Source of the DNA: Octopus vulgaris
Taxonomy: Eukaryota
Reading direction: 5' to 3'
NCBI GenBank assembly: GCA_951406725.2
Contig: OX597816.1
Span: forward strand, 181,908,001-181,972,000
DNA: 64,000 nt
The notes beneath the pieces are model-generated. The model saw nothing but the letters and a program-made list of their open reading frames with translations, had not been told where the DNA came from and ran no database searches. Numbering within the stretch: the first letter of the stretch is position 1; every line of letters begins with the position of its first letter. This document shows positions 52,801 to 62,344 of this stretch, one piece after another. A program made the position numbers and the translations under genes.

Positions 52801-55800
52801 GAACCACTTAACCATGCATTTATGTCTAAGAACAGTGCTTGTTACCTTTGTAAGACCTCTTAGCTTGTTCCAATTGTTGCAACTGGCTGATTTCTGAACT
52901 AAAACATCTGCAGTGAAAATAGGGTTGGGAAAAGAACTTGAGACCTGGTACCGAATGTATGCGACATATTGAAATTTATCAAAGGTACTGAGAAACTAAG
53001 TGGTGGAGTCTTAACTGGTTGGTGTAGATGTTTGCACCTCCATCCAAATGAGGGTAAAAACAAGTTAATATATTTGCTATTGAAGTACCTGCATAGACAT
53101 TCAGCTGGAAAGGGAACGAAAGTGCAATCCTCATCTCTTATAATATATTTTAGAGAATAGGTACTCATAGTTGCTTTTCATATGATAAAAAAAACAACAG
53201 TAGTTAAGCTTGTGATAAAATATTATACAAGAAGCATTAAAAAGCTAACTAGAAATGTGTGTGTGTGTGTGTGTAGGGGTAGATAGTGAAATATAGGCCT
53301 TATGAGTGAAATTGAGTTGATAGAAACAGTGCAAAGTCCTGTTAGATGGTTTGTAATTGATCTTTTCACCTGGTTTAACCTCTGCATTGAGCTCTATGCG
53401 TGTCTTCAGTGGAGTTCACTCTTTCAAGTTTTGGGGCCAGATTTGGTTACTTTCCTTTTCCCTACCAGCTTTGGAGACTCTGACTAAACTATTAAACAAA
53501 TTGTGTGTGTTTTATTTTAAATAAATCTCTATAACTGAACTAGCATTGCAAATAGCAATTATGTATTCCTGCTACCACAGTAATTAAGGATATTCTTAGA
53601 ATTTTTATAATGTGAGGAGCTGATTGCAGAGCACAGTCAGATTCTCTTTGTGATGCACTGGATTCACTAGGTGGAGCCAGCTCTCTGAAATCAAATTCTG
53701 CCAAAGTCAGCTATACTTTTCATTCTTTGGAGGCTAATAAAAATAATATACCAATTATAATAGGAGATTAACAGATGTGTGAAAACGTTGGACTGTGTGT
53801 GGTATGTGCTCTGAGTTCAAATCCCACCATGGTCTACTTGGGCAATAAACTTAATCACCTGGTTGTAACACCACCACTGCCACCACCTGGCACATTGAGT
53901 GTTTAGAGAAATTTGCTCTGTTGCAAACATTATGACCAAGTTCCATATCTAAGGATACCATCCTCTCTAACTTCCACTAGTCATGAGAGCCCTGTAAAAG
54001 GCTATAAGTACTGCCTTTCCTACTGAATAAAAGATGTAAAAAAAAAAAACCCAATTACTGATGCAAATATTTTAGATCTTAATAACAGTACCGTATTAGT
54101 GGGTCTCTTCAACAACACTCTTGGTTTCTTTCCAAACTATTTCAAATATTCTCTTCTTTATCCTCTTGTTTTCAATTTTGTAAACATACTCGTTTTTCTA
54201 CTTGGTACAAAATCCCTGATAAAATTTAAAATTTCTTTACTATATAAGTTACTTATCCATAAATAATGTAATTTTGCTTTGTTTGTGTAAAGATATTTGT
54301 CACTAATTTTCTGAACTGTTTTGTTTTAGTTCAAAAACCGCCGCTGCCTCACTGAAAGAGAATGTAGATCGGTTGCATATAATTTCAAGTTATTGGAAGC
54401 TAACATGACTACTAACAGGACAGCCCTTTGTACCGAACATTGCCCTGTCGGATATATTGAAAACCCAGATGATCCAAATAGGTGCCTGAAGTGCAAAGCC
54501 AGATGTCCAAAAAGTTAGTTTTTAATTTGACTTCTTTTTTCTTACCATAAAATCTTTGAAAATGATTTATTTTGTGTTGAATGAATTGCAGCAACTTTCA
54601 TCACTATCATCTTCATCATCATCATCATTTTACACCCACTTCTCCGTGCTAGCTTAGTTTGGGGAGGTCATCACCGTCTGAGTTATGCAGCATCACACTT
54701 CACAGACTCTCGTTTATTATTTGGTCTGTTTTAGGTGGCGAGCTGGCAGAATTGTTGACACTAAGGGCAAAATGCTTTGCAGCATTTTGTCCGTCTTTAG
54801 GTTCTGAGTTCAAATTCTGCCAAGGTCAACTTTGCCCTCCATCCTTTCAGGGTCGATGAATTAAGTACTAATGAAACACTGGGGTTGATGTAATCATCTA
54901 GTCCCCTCCCCGAAAATTTCAGGCCTTGTGCATTTAGCAGAAAAGATTATTTGGTCTATATACCCTGGCAAACAAAAATCCCTTGTTTGCACATTTTTCA
55001 TTTTCATAGTATCGTTTCTGTCTTTTTCTCTCTGTTCCTCTATTCCAGATTCTCAAAGCAATTGTTTAAGATATTCTTCAATTCTTTCAATCTCTCAGAT
55101 TCTTGTAAATGTAGAACTATATCATTCTTAAGTTTCCTGATACTGTACTTAGTATTTTATCAATGCACTTACCTGTATTGAAGAGGTAATGGCGATGACA
55201 AACAGTATTAAGAATTCTTTTACAAGAGTTTGTTTCTGCTAACTCCTCTATAATTTATTCTTCAAATGAGAAATTCAATCCTTAAAAAGGCTTGGATTTG
55301 AGCATATTTCAGTTTATAGAAGTCTACAACATTTACAATTTGAGTAAAATAATAACTCTTGTCTTACATTGCTGAATTGCATGATAAGCAATTAACTTCT
55401 AGATCTTTCTCAGTTTTTAATATACAAGGAAAAGATAGGCTGGATTGTTAAGAATTTTGCTTCTCAGTCACTTGGTTTAGGGTTCACTCCCAATGCAAAG
55501 CACTTTGAGTGTGGTGTCTTAAACAAACCTTTGGGTTAAAACCCTGTGAGTGAATTCAGAAGATGGGAAATGCCAAAAGCCTGTTGTACGTGTGTGTGTG
55601 TGTGTGTGTGTGTGTACGTACGTTTGTGTCTCCTTGTCTTGATATTTGTATGCTTACTGTAAACAACCTTATTGTTCATATAAAAGCAATATCATTTGTT
55701 TGTAATCCTCCATGAAAAACCGATCTGGCTATTGAGCTGTGTATGTTCAAAGGATTAAAGGAAATATTACCTTCTTCAAACTGTAACATACTCTAAAAAG

Positions 55801-57709
55801 TACTTTATATTAAACTACAAGATTGTTACTGATGAAATTTCATGATTTCTATTCTTTTTCTCTGTAGAATGTCCTGCCAAAGAAGTGAAGAGTATCTCAT
55901 CTATCCAAAGTCTAAAAGATTGTACTGAAATAACAGGAGAATTGATTTTACAACATCTTAATGGTAATTTTTTTTCTTTCATATCAGTGGTATCAAACAT
56001 ACAGCCCTGAGGCTGGATATGGACAGTGGCAATTTTTATTTAGTCCAGCCCTGGCTCAATTTTATAAATAAAAGATAGAAAATGTATGTCTACAGAGCTG
56101 GAGTTCAACTAGAATTGTAATTAACACTGGTTCCTGTTAATCAAATTATTGCACTTTTGGCAGTCTTTCCTTATCTCAGCCAATAGAAAAGAAGATTATG
56201 AATCCATATGCTAAAAGATGTGACCTATTTCTCCTTCATTTTCTCTATACATGCTGGGCTAAACCTCTCCCTCCCCTTGATGATTCACTGCTACTAGGCA
56301 TCCAAATACACTTTGAACATCCAATGCTGAGTTCCAAATAACTGAAATAGTGAAACGTATGCAATATAACCATAAACTTCTTTGTTTTTTAAACTCTTCT
56401 TATTTTTTCCTTTATTATTTTCAGGTGTTCTTGCTCAAGAACTGGAAGCAAATCTTGGGCAAATTGAAGAAGTTCACAATTTCATAAAAATTACCAGGTC
56501 AGATGGTTTAGTATCTTTGTCATCTTTCAAAAGCCTGAAGGTTATACACGGCAAGAAACTGGAAGATGATAGGTAGATAAAGTTTCTGCTTTGATTTTCC
56601 TTTTTAAACTTGTAAGAAGAAATTTTATCATTATTTTTTATTCAGAAGACAGGATATTTTACTATTATCATTAGATGCAGCTTTGGCCATGAACATTGTT
56701 CCATAATCATGTGATTTCTGGTTCCATCCTATTGTATGGCACCTTGGGCTTATTTCTTTCATTGTAGCCTCAAACTGACCAATGCCGTGTCAGTGAAATA
56801 CTTAGACAGATATTGCACAGAAACCTGTTGTACATATATGTGTATGTACATGTGCGTGAATGTTTTTTTTCTTTTTCCCTCCCACATATCCTTGCATCAA
56901 CACTATGTAGGTGACAGTGATACTTCTGTGAACAATATGTCCTTTAGCTCAGCAGTTTTGATGTGTGAAGATCAATGCAATAAAAAAAATACCTTAATAA
57001 ACAGGTACAGCTTGGTGACTGGGAAGGTATCCAGCTGCCGAATAATACTTTAAGAAATCTCATCTAACTTGTACCAGCATGAAAAAGTGGATGATGTTAG
57101 TGAAGATGATGATAGCAAAGACAACTGCAATTTCATATGTTTTTTCTTTTTTCTTTTTCTCCTGGTGATGTAGTTTGGACAATAGTTTTTCACCATTTGT
57201 CAAGGATCTCGTGGGATTTCTTTCTTTATATTTTTCCCGTCAATTCAAATTGTCTATAGTTTATATCTGGCCTGATATTTTTCTGTAGGTTTCAGTCATC
57301 ACTACTTTGATATTTATGTGTTAGCATAATCCCTCAATTTGTCAGCAGTGATTGATTTTATGGGCTCAGAGGTTGTTTAATTGTTCTTCTAATCGATGAT
57401 ACTAACCAACTAAATCAAGATGAAGTTTTACCATTGTGTTTGAGGTTTTGCTGGTCCCTACTGAGAGGATTATATGATCTATTCTCATTTTCAGATATGC
57501 TCTCTACCTCAGAGATAATGAAAACATTGAAGAGCTATTTTCTAAAGATGTAGAAAAGAATCTGGTTATAAAGCGAGGCAAGGTGTTTTTCCATGATAAC
57601 AGACGTTTGTGCCAACACAAAATTCGCGAACTAATGAATTATACCAAATTGAATGCTTCCAACCATACAGAGCATGACATATCTACCTCGAATGGTGATC
57701 TTATTCCTT
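5352..57709 (+). CDS. InR: Partial spliced gene: insulin/IGF-receptor family protein with two N-terminal follistatin (FOLN+Kazal) modules; join(5352..5567,19638..19749,32089..32201,32776..33288,49463..49629,54330..54513,55868..55963,56425..56572,57495..57709); 5' and 3' ends not seen
   Basis: Nine exons, each with a pyrimidine-tract/AG acceptor and a GT donor. Intron phases run 1,1,2,1,1,0,1,1,2,1 and all match, giving 588 codons without a stop. Domain order is FS-FS-L1-CR-L2. The symbol is family-level only; orthology was not tested. Confidence 0.85.
6535..7090. repeat. Old diverged direct duplication (~250 bp: about 6535-6785 and 6856-7090)
   Basis: Shared blocks in the same order: TCTTACTATAATG, ATTACAAAG, CAGGAAxGTTTT, TATGATTATTTxGTGGATAT, GTATAGTTC. 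Confidence 0.65.
8854..9046 (+). mobile_element. Short 3'-terminal Penelope-like fragment with decayed hammerhead motif (8920-8957)
   Basis: Similar to the reverse complement of 150-297 and 1104-1325. Flanked by (TA)n on both sides. Confidence 0.75.
9400..10400 (-). mobile_element. Possible very old LINE RT fragment
   Basis: Minus-strand remnant [26 protein letters not shown] weakly resembles RT motifs 4-5. Confidence 0.3.
12958..13087. repeat. Diverged ~40-bp tandem repeat (about 3 copies)
   Basis: TAGAATTGTGCTGxCCAAATxCAxAxCAAAAxAxCTA repeated. Confidence 0.7.
13412..13624 (+). mobile_element. piggyBac-like MITE (TTAA target site)
   Basis: TTAA-CCCTTTAGCA...TGCTAAAGGG-TTAA terminal inverted repeats. 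Other copies at about 20756-21070(-, disrupted), 21525-21695(-), 42145-42371(-), 46223-46448(+), 59707-59929(+), 62115-62339(-). Confidence 0.8.
15388..15800 (+). mobile_element. SINE family B copy
   Basis: Same head, body and tail as 36598-36995. Confidence 0.75.
18421..18760 (-). mobile_element. CORE-like tRNA-derived SINE nested inside a family B SINE
   Basis: Contains AAGTGTCTTGCTCAAGAACACAAC (CORE-like) and GGGAATCGAACTC (reverse B box). The host SINE breaks at about 18420 and resumes at about 18762. Confidence 0.65.
19638..19749 (+). CDS. Exon: FOLN half of follistatin module 2, phase 1-2
   Basis: tttctccag|GT CCA GAT...GAA CCT AC|gtacgt, 112 nt. Translation (G)[36 protein letters not shown](T) has 6 Cys in FOLN spacing. 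Confidence 0.9.
20899..21127. repeat. Perfect palindrome: 113-bp arms, 3-nt loop
   Basis: 20899-21011 is the exact reverse complement of 21015-21127. Confidence 0.97.
21355..21445. repeat. Inverted repeat: perfect 34-bp arms, 23-nt loop
   Basis: AAAGCAGCAGAAATATAACAAAAGCTGTTACTCA at 21355-21388 and its reverse complement at 21412-21445. Confidence 0.95.
24770..25003 (-). mobile_element. SINE family A copy
   Basis: Reverse complement similar to 853-1076; approximate ends. Confidence 0.7.
26404..26820 (-). mobile_element. SINE family C copy
   Basis: Starts with (CAT)n; reverse complement of the family C body. Confidence 0.78.
26830..28150 (-). mobile_element. Degenerate CR1/L2/Jockey-group LINE fragment
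   Basis: Minus-strand remnants NHQPIPLTS (compare NYRPISLTS) and NIPQG; approximate ends. Confidence 0.45.
28890..29210 (+). mobile_element. SINE family B copy
   Basis: Same head and tail as 36598-36995, with internal deletions. Confidence 0.7.
29575..30078. mobile_element. Non-autonomous hAT (Charlie-like) element
   Basis: Termini CAGGGGTGGGGAAACT / AGTTTCCCATCCCTG, flanked by an 8-bp target duplication AACTAGAG / AACTAGAA. Confidence 0.75.
30494..31054. mobile_element. Foldback element: perfect 69-bp inverted arms around a 423-nt spacer
   Basis: 30494-30562 is the reverse complement of 30986-31054. It sits in a (TA)n tract that splits a family B SINE. Confidence 0.8.
31490..31825 (-). 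mobile_element. SINE family B copy
   Basis: Reverse complement similar to 36598-36995. Confidence 0.65.
32089..32201 (+). CDS. Exon: Kazal half of follistatin module 2, phase 2-1
   Basis: tttaacag|G TCA CAA ATT TGC GGC...TGT GAA T|gtaagt, 113 nt. Translation (T)[37 protein letters not shown] completes the 10-Cys module with the previous exon. Confidence 0.93.
32776..33288 (+). CDS. InR: Exon: insulin-receptor L1 domain and start of the Cys-rich region, phase 1-1
   Basis: ttgcag|TG TGT TCA...AAT ATT G|gttcgt, 513 nt. [13 protein letters not shown]...[48 protein letters not shown]...[12 protein letters not shown] aligns by eye with human INSR/IGF1R L1. Confidence 0.97.
34551..34797. repeat. 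Inverted duplication, copy 1 (partner 39312-39806)
   Basis: Near-identical reverse complement of 39312-39806 except for the microsatellite length. Confidence 0.92.
36598..36995 (+). mobile_element. tRNA-derived SINE family B (well preserved copy)
   Basis: GGCGCAAGAGTGGCTGTGTGGTAA...GGTTCAGTCCCACTGC...GGGCAAGTGTCTTCTACTATAGCC, internal (TG)n, tail GACTGAAACAAGTAAAAGA. Related copies at about 15388-15800, 17755-17960, 18182-18890, 28890-29210, 30170-30400(-), 31075-31240(-), 31490-31825(-), 56676-56860. Confidence 0.8.
39312..39806. repeat. Inverted duplication, copy 2, with expanded (TACA)n/(TGCA)n/(CA)n tract at about 39441-39719
   Basis: Unique flanks match 34551-34797 in reverse orientation. 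Confidence 0.92.
39848..40046 (+). mobile_element. SINE family C copy
   Basis: Close match to 60975-61168; ends in (GAT)n. Confidence 0.78.
42145..42371 (-). mobile_element. piggyBac-like MITE copy
   Basis: Ends in AATGCTAAAGGGTTAA; body matches the family. Confidence 0.72.
44425..44680 (+). mobile_element. SINE family C copy
   Basis: Close match to the family C body; ends in (GAT)n. Confidence 0.78.
44690..45760 (-). mobile_element. Degenerate CR1/L2/Jockey-group LINE RT fragment
   Basis: Minus-strand remnants [26 protein letters not shown]; approximate ends. Confidence 0.6.
46223..46448 (+). mobile_element. piggyBac-like MITE copy
   Basis: TTAACCTTTTAGCATT...AATGCTAAAGGGTAA; body similar to 13412-13624. 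Confidence 0.75.
49463..49629 (+). CDS. InR: Exon: furin-like Cys-rich domain, phase 1-0
   Basis: tttcag|AT TGC...TAC AAG|gtttgc. Translation (D)[55 protein letters not shown] carries the receptor-family motif CCHxxCLGGC...CxACR. Confidence 0.95.
50012..52399. repeat. Minisatellite: 63 tandem copies of a 38-bp unit (AATGCTTGTGACCTTTGTAGGGGCTCCTAACCTGGTAT)
   Basis: Counted unit by unit. Four units lack one C and the last lacks the final AT (63x38-4-2 = 2388 nt). No spacers. Confidence 0.97.
54330..54513 (+). CDS. InR: Exon: end of Cys-rich domain, phase 0-1
   Basis: ttttag|TTC AAA AAC CGC CGC TGC...CCA AAA A|gttagt. Translation [61 protein letters not shown]. Confidence 0.95.
54733..54950 (+). 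mobile_element. SINE family A copy
   Basis: GGTGGCGAGCTGGCAGAATTG...GAGTTCAAATTCTGCCAAGGTCAACTTTGCC. Confidence 0.75.
55868..55963 (+). CDS. InR: Exon: start of L2 domain, phase 1-1
   Basis: ctgtag|AA TGT CCT...CTT AAT G|gtaatt. Translation (K)[31 protein letters not shown]. Confidence 0.93.
56425..56572 (+). CDS. InR: Exon: L2 domain, phase 1-2
   Basis: tttcag|GT GTT...GAT AG|gtagat. Translation (G)[48 protein letters not shown](R), compare INSR LAAELEANLGLIEE. Confidence 0.95.
57495..57709 (+). CDS. InR: Exon: end of L2 domain, phase 2-1
   Basis: tttcag|A TAT GCT...ATT CCT T|gtaagt. Translation (R)[43 protein letters not shown]...[11 protein letters not shown](C), compare the INSR L2 end NGDQASC. 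Confidence 0.95.
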
Positions 57710-58419
57710 GTAAGTACACATATTTTCATATTTTACATGAAATAATACAAAGTATTTGTTCATTTTTTTCATCCCTTCTATTTGCATGTGTTTGTATAGT
57801 CCAGTGCTCTACATCCGGTATGTCATGGCACACTGGTGTAACACAAGACAACGCTTGGTGCGCCACAGTGTAACTTGAATCTAATTTTCTTCCCCTATAC
57901 TTTTAGTTATATTTTTAGTTCAGATGTGCTGCCGAATATTGAACAGAATATAAGTGAAAAAAGGTTCTGGTGCACTGGTATAATCTGATATTGGGATATA
58001 ACTAATGCTTTTCTGTAGAACAATTAATGAATTTAAATAGTAAATAATTTTACATGTAAATTTTAAAGCAGTGAATTGGTGGGGGTCATTGGTGGAGTCA
58101 TTAGTGTTTTCAATAGAATGCCTCACAGTATTTGTTTCAATATTCAGCATTCTATGTTCAAACCGTGCCATGGTTAACTTTGCCTTTCTGTCTTTTGAAG
58201 CCAATAAAAAGGTAACAGTCCTGGGTAGTGTTGTAGCATTATATGAGATCCATTGTGGTATATATTCCAACCCATTGCCGAGCTATTGTCAGCCCTGAAA
58301 TGGCAGCCTTTCCTGAGAACATTATCAATAGCATGTAGAGGAGAGGCTTGCGTGCATGAGCAGCTGCAAGTCTTCAGAAAATCCTTACCTGGGTCTATGC
58401 ATACAACTGCAGATCTTCT

Positions 58420-60050
58420 GCTCCCATATAATCAATCAGGTGAAACAAGAAGGTGTTACACCCAATGACTGGTGTAGCAGCTATATGGTCAGCTGCTGCA
58501 AGGATAAAGGAGATACCTCAGATAGAAACAGAAATATGAAACTGCTGGACCAGGCAATGAGAGTAAGAGAGAGAGAGAATTATAAGCTGATTGATTACGA
58601 ACAAAATTAGACTAGATGAGTCCTTTGGTTTTGTGCTGGGGAGCAGTATTCTAGATGCACTCTTCCTTGTGAGGCAGTTGCAGAAGTATCTAGCTAAAAG
58701 TAAACCATTGTAGTTGGCACTTGTTGATTTGGAAAAGCTTTTGACAGAGTCCTTTGCTTTGTTTTCTGGTGGTTTCTAAGGAAGTTAGGAGTAGACAAAT
58801 GGCTTGTTAGAGCTGTGCAATCCATGTCTAAGGGTTCTGTCAATAAAGTGAGAATCAACCATGAATACAGTGTTGAATTTAGTGTACAAGTAGAAGTTCA
58901 CCAGAGCTTGGTTCTCGGTTCCCTCCTATTTATCGCATGGGAACCACTATATGTTGATGATCTCACTTTTATTGTGGAATATGTAACAAATGAAAATCAA
59001 ATTCCAGATTTGGAATCAAAGGGCAGTAAAATTAACCTAGAAAAATACAAAGTTGTAGTAAACAAGAAAGCAGATAAGTCTCTCTTCCTGTCAAGTAAAT
59101 GGCCCTGCTCAGTATGTAGGAAAGGTATTTGAAAGAATTCCATTTGGTGTACCCAGTGCAAGCTATGGACACTTAAGAGGGTGCAATGGAATCACAGGTA
59201 GTTTAACAAAGAAAGTTGTCTTCATATGTGGCAGATGCTCAAGAATAATAAACATTGAGGACAAGCAAGAATTAGATGTTTTCAAATGGTCAGAAAGCAC
59301 CCGAAAGGTTGTTTCTGTTACCTGACCAGATTAGAAGAGGAGGAGAATGTTCTGAAAGTATAATTGCTAGAATCAGAAAAGGACGGATAAAGTTCACAAC
59401 AAAAGACCTCTCTCACAGAAAGAGTGAAAGGCAGATTGTATGATGCTTGTATATGAATGGCTATACTCCATGGTAGTGAGACTTGGGCTCTGAATGCAGA
59501 GGGTGTGTGAAGACTGGAGAGGAATGAAGCTAGTATGCTCCAATGAATGTTCAACATCAATGTACTTGTACGACAAAGTGCAGATGTGTTGAGAGAAAAG
59601 TTAAGCCTAAGCTGAATCAGATGTAACCTGCAAGACAGGAGACTTTAATGATTTGACCATGTGATGTATATGGATAAAGACACATGTATAAATGAGTACC
59701 AATTGCTTAACTCGTTAGCATTCAGGTTACTCTGTCAAATGTAATGCTTAATTATTCACATTCTTTTTAATTAATCATACATTATCTTGTAACTTTGATA
59801 TTGCAATGATGTGATTGTATATTTTTAGAATGACATAGTAGGGTTGGTGTAAGAGGCTAGTTCTTGGACAGTTTGAACAGATAGAATATTTTGGCCAGAT
59901 ATGGCCAGTTTAAATGCTAAAGGGTTTAAAGTTGATGGAACCTGCAGAAGAGGGTGACATGGGATGAAGTAGCGAGAGCTGATCTGAAGATGTTGAGCCT
60001 CGTGGAGGAGGTGGCAATGGTCTGAGATGAAGTTCTACAGAATATCTGTC
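58420..60050 (+). mobile_element. Degenerate RTE-clade LINE (RT to 3' end)
   Basis: Broken-frame motifs GVTPNDWCSS..CCKDKGD, KLLDQAM, FGFVLG, DALFLVRQLQ, LVDLEK, LYVDD, HGSETWAL, LERNEASML. Many stops and frameshifts. Confidence 0.85.
59707..59929 (+). mobile_element. piggyBac-like MITE inserted into an RTE LINE
   Basis: Same body as 13412-13624. The LINE reading frame (..YQLL|KVDGTCRRG) resumes after it. Confidence 0.75.
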
Positions 60051-60348
60051 CACCTTAGTGAAACTGGAAGCCACTTCCATCCATGCTGCTCCCCATTTGT
60101 CTTGCAAGTTACTTGGTGACCTCACCAATACTGGTGCCACATAGAAAGTACCTAGAATACTGTGTATAGTGGTTGGCATTAGGAAAGGCATCCTGCCATA
60201 GAAACCAGCATGGTACAATCCTCTGGCTTGCCAGCTCCTGTCAAACTATCCAGTCCATACCAGCATAGAAAACGGATATTAAATGATGGTGATGTATCAT
60301 CATCAGCGTTTAACTTGATGTATGTGTGCGTGTATATATGTATATACA

Positions 60349-60884
60349 CAGTAATACTTCACCTGATGAGGACTTGCTTTATAAGACCCTGGGTTTACAA
60401 GTTGTATTTTTCAAGCACAAGGTCCAAATTTTGAATGAGGTGCAAAAGTTTCTGCTACCATAACAAATGCTTCAGCATATTACCAAGAAATTTATAGAGA
60501 GCAAAAAAAAACTTCCTCCAAGCAAACAACTCTAGTCTAGTTTTGTTAAAAAGAAATCTACAAGTCCGTCTATGAGTGCTTGTGAATTGGTGATCGCGTC
60601 TACAAATGACGGTGCACACAAGTCTAGCGCAAGTGAAGATGATTCAGAAAATGATTATAATGATGATATTTTTTTTTTATAAATAATCTTGACATTCTTT
60701 TTACTTTACATTAAATATCCTGCACACTCTATTGTTTTATTACTATTTATTTATGAGTATTATAGATTTTATAGGTAAAATATTTTTCTGGGAACAAATT
60801 GGTAACATTGCTACTATGGGAAATTTTTACTCTGCTTTATGAGTGCTCTCCAGGAACAAATTAACTTGTATATCGAGGTATTGC

Positions 60885-60886
<2 letters not shown>
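60349..60886. mobile_element. Tigger/pogo-like non-autonomous element
   Basis: Termini CAGTAATACTTC / GAGGTATTGCTG match 10/12 as an inverted repeat. A similar terminus CAGTAATACCTC occurs at 3961. Confidence 0.5.
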
Positions 60887-60916
<30 letters not shown>

Positions 60917-60919
60917 CTT

Positions 60920-61168
60920 CACTGGCATGTGTAAAAAGATTCGAGCGAGATCATTGCCAGTACCGCCTGTCTGGCTCCCGTGCCGGTGGCACGTAAAAAG
61001 CACCCACTACACACTTGGAGTGGTTGGCGTTAGGAAGGGCATCCAGCTGTAGAAACTCTGCCAGATCAAGATTGGAGCCTGGTGCAGCCATCTGGTTCGC
61101 CAGTCCTCAGTCAAAATCATTCAACCCATGCTAGCATGGAAAGCAGACGTTAAACAATGAACAATGAT
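60920..61168 (+). mobile_element. SINE/retroposon family C with (GAT)n-type tail
   Basis: AAAAGCACCCACTACAC...GGAGTGGTTGGCGTTAGGAAGGGCATCCAGCTGTAGAAACTCTGCCAGATC...CCCATGCTAGCATGGAAAGC. Close copies at 39848-40046(+), 44425-44680(+), 26404-26820(-); older copies at about 13850-14090, 23360-23560(-), 24330-24632, 38445-38590(-), 60085-60300. Confidence 0.8.
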
Positions 61169-62114
61169 ATATATATATAAAAGTTCTACACAAAGACAAA
61201 TTAAGTAACTGTTTTATGAGGAAGTTTCATTGGCAAATCAGGAATTTAAAATGTATAGCTTGTAAATAGGTCCCGCTAGTCTGTTCATTAATTAGGCATT
61301 TGATTAAAATTGCTTTGTTTGTTATTTCAATTCTCGATACTCATTGGGGCTACTTTTCTCATTTAAAAACCATATTAAATTCAGAATAATTTAATAAGGG
61401 TGCAATAAAGAAAATGTTATTAAGAATATGTGAGATAATGTAATTTTATTTATTGTAAAAATGTAATTATAAATATTTAAGTTAGAAATACAAATTTAAA
61501 CTAACTTTTTAATTACTTTTTTTTTAAAAGAATTTTAAGAACATTAGAAATATTATGTATTCAACAAAGATTATAGCTTTCTTCCAAAAGGGCTACACTT
61601 AAGGGAGTCAAAAACCATCCAGTTTAAATGTGTAAATATAAAAGATGTTTCAGTATTTAATTGTAATGCTATAGATGCACAAGAGGTGGAGGGTTGTGAA
61701 TGAAACTGACACAGATCCGTTCTTCAATTGAATGGTTTCAAACTAATACATATTTATTTCTTGATATTAAAGAGTTTAAAGGATTCATTTTCTACAACTA
61801 AAACAACTTAAAATTATAAAATAAGCAGAAGGAAATACTAGATATCTTCCCCCACCCCAATATATTTTAGCTATATAGACTTCATACTTACCAGGAAAAA
61901 GTATGCACTGATAGATGTGAATGTTATAACTTCCCTAAGAGAAGAATGTACTATCAAACATGGGGACAAATTGTTGGTGACCTCAATATAGGTGCTATGT
62001 GGACTTAGATATGCAAGGGGATCTGGAGAAGGTTTAAAAACTGATGCTGCTAAACATAAGTTCAGAGAGGTTCTGGGTGATGCATATGGCAAAAAAAGAG
62101 GTGGATATAGAGGC

Positions 62115-62339
62115 TTATCCCTTCAGCATTTAAACCTGCTGTATCAGGGCCAAATATTCTATTTATTGTATGTTCAAACCAGCCTGATCCAGTTTGTCAC
62201 ACCTACCCTACTATGTCAGTCTAAAAATAAACAATCAGATCGAAATCTCAAAGCCACAAGATAATCCAGGATTAATTGAAAACAATGTGAATAAATAAGC
62301 AATACATTTGACAGAGTAATCTAAATGTTAAAGGGTTGA
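62115..62339 (-). mobile_element. piggyBac-like MITE copy
   Basis: Reverse complement of the same family, with decayed termini. Confidence 0.72.
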
Positions 62340-62344
62340 AATAT

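Noticed and set aside
32776-57709. EGFR/ErbB identity for the L-CR-L protein
   Set aside because: [36 protein letters not shown] and NGD..C are insulin-receptor family signatures.
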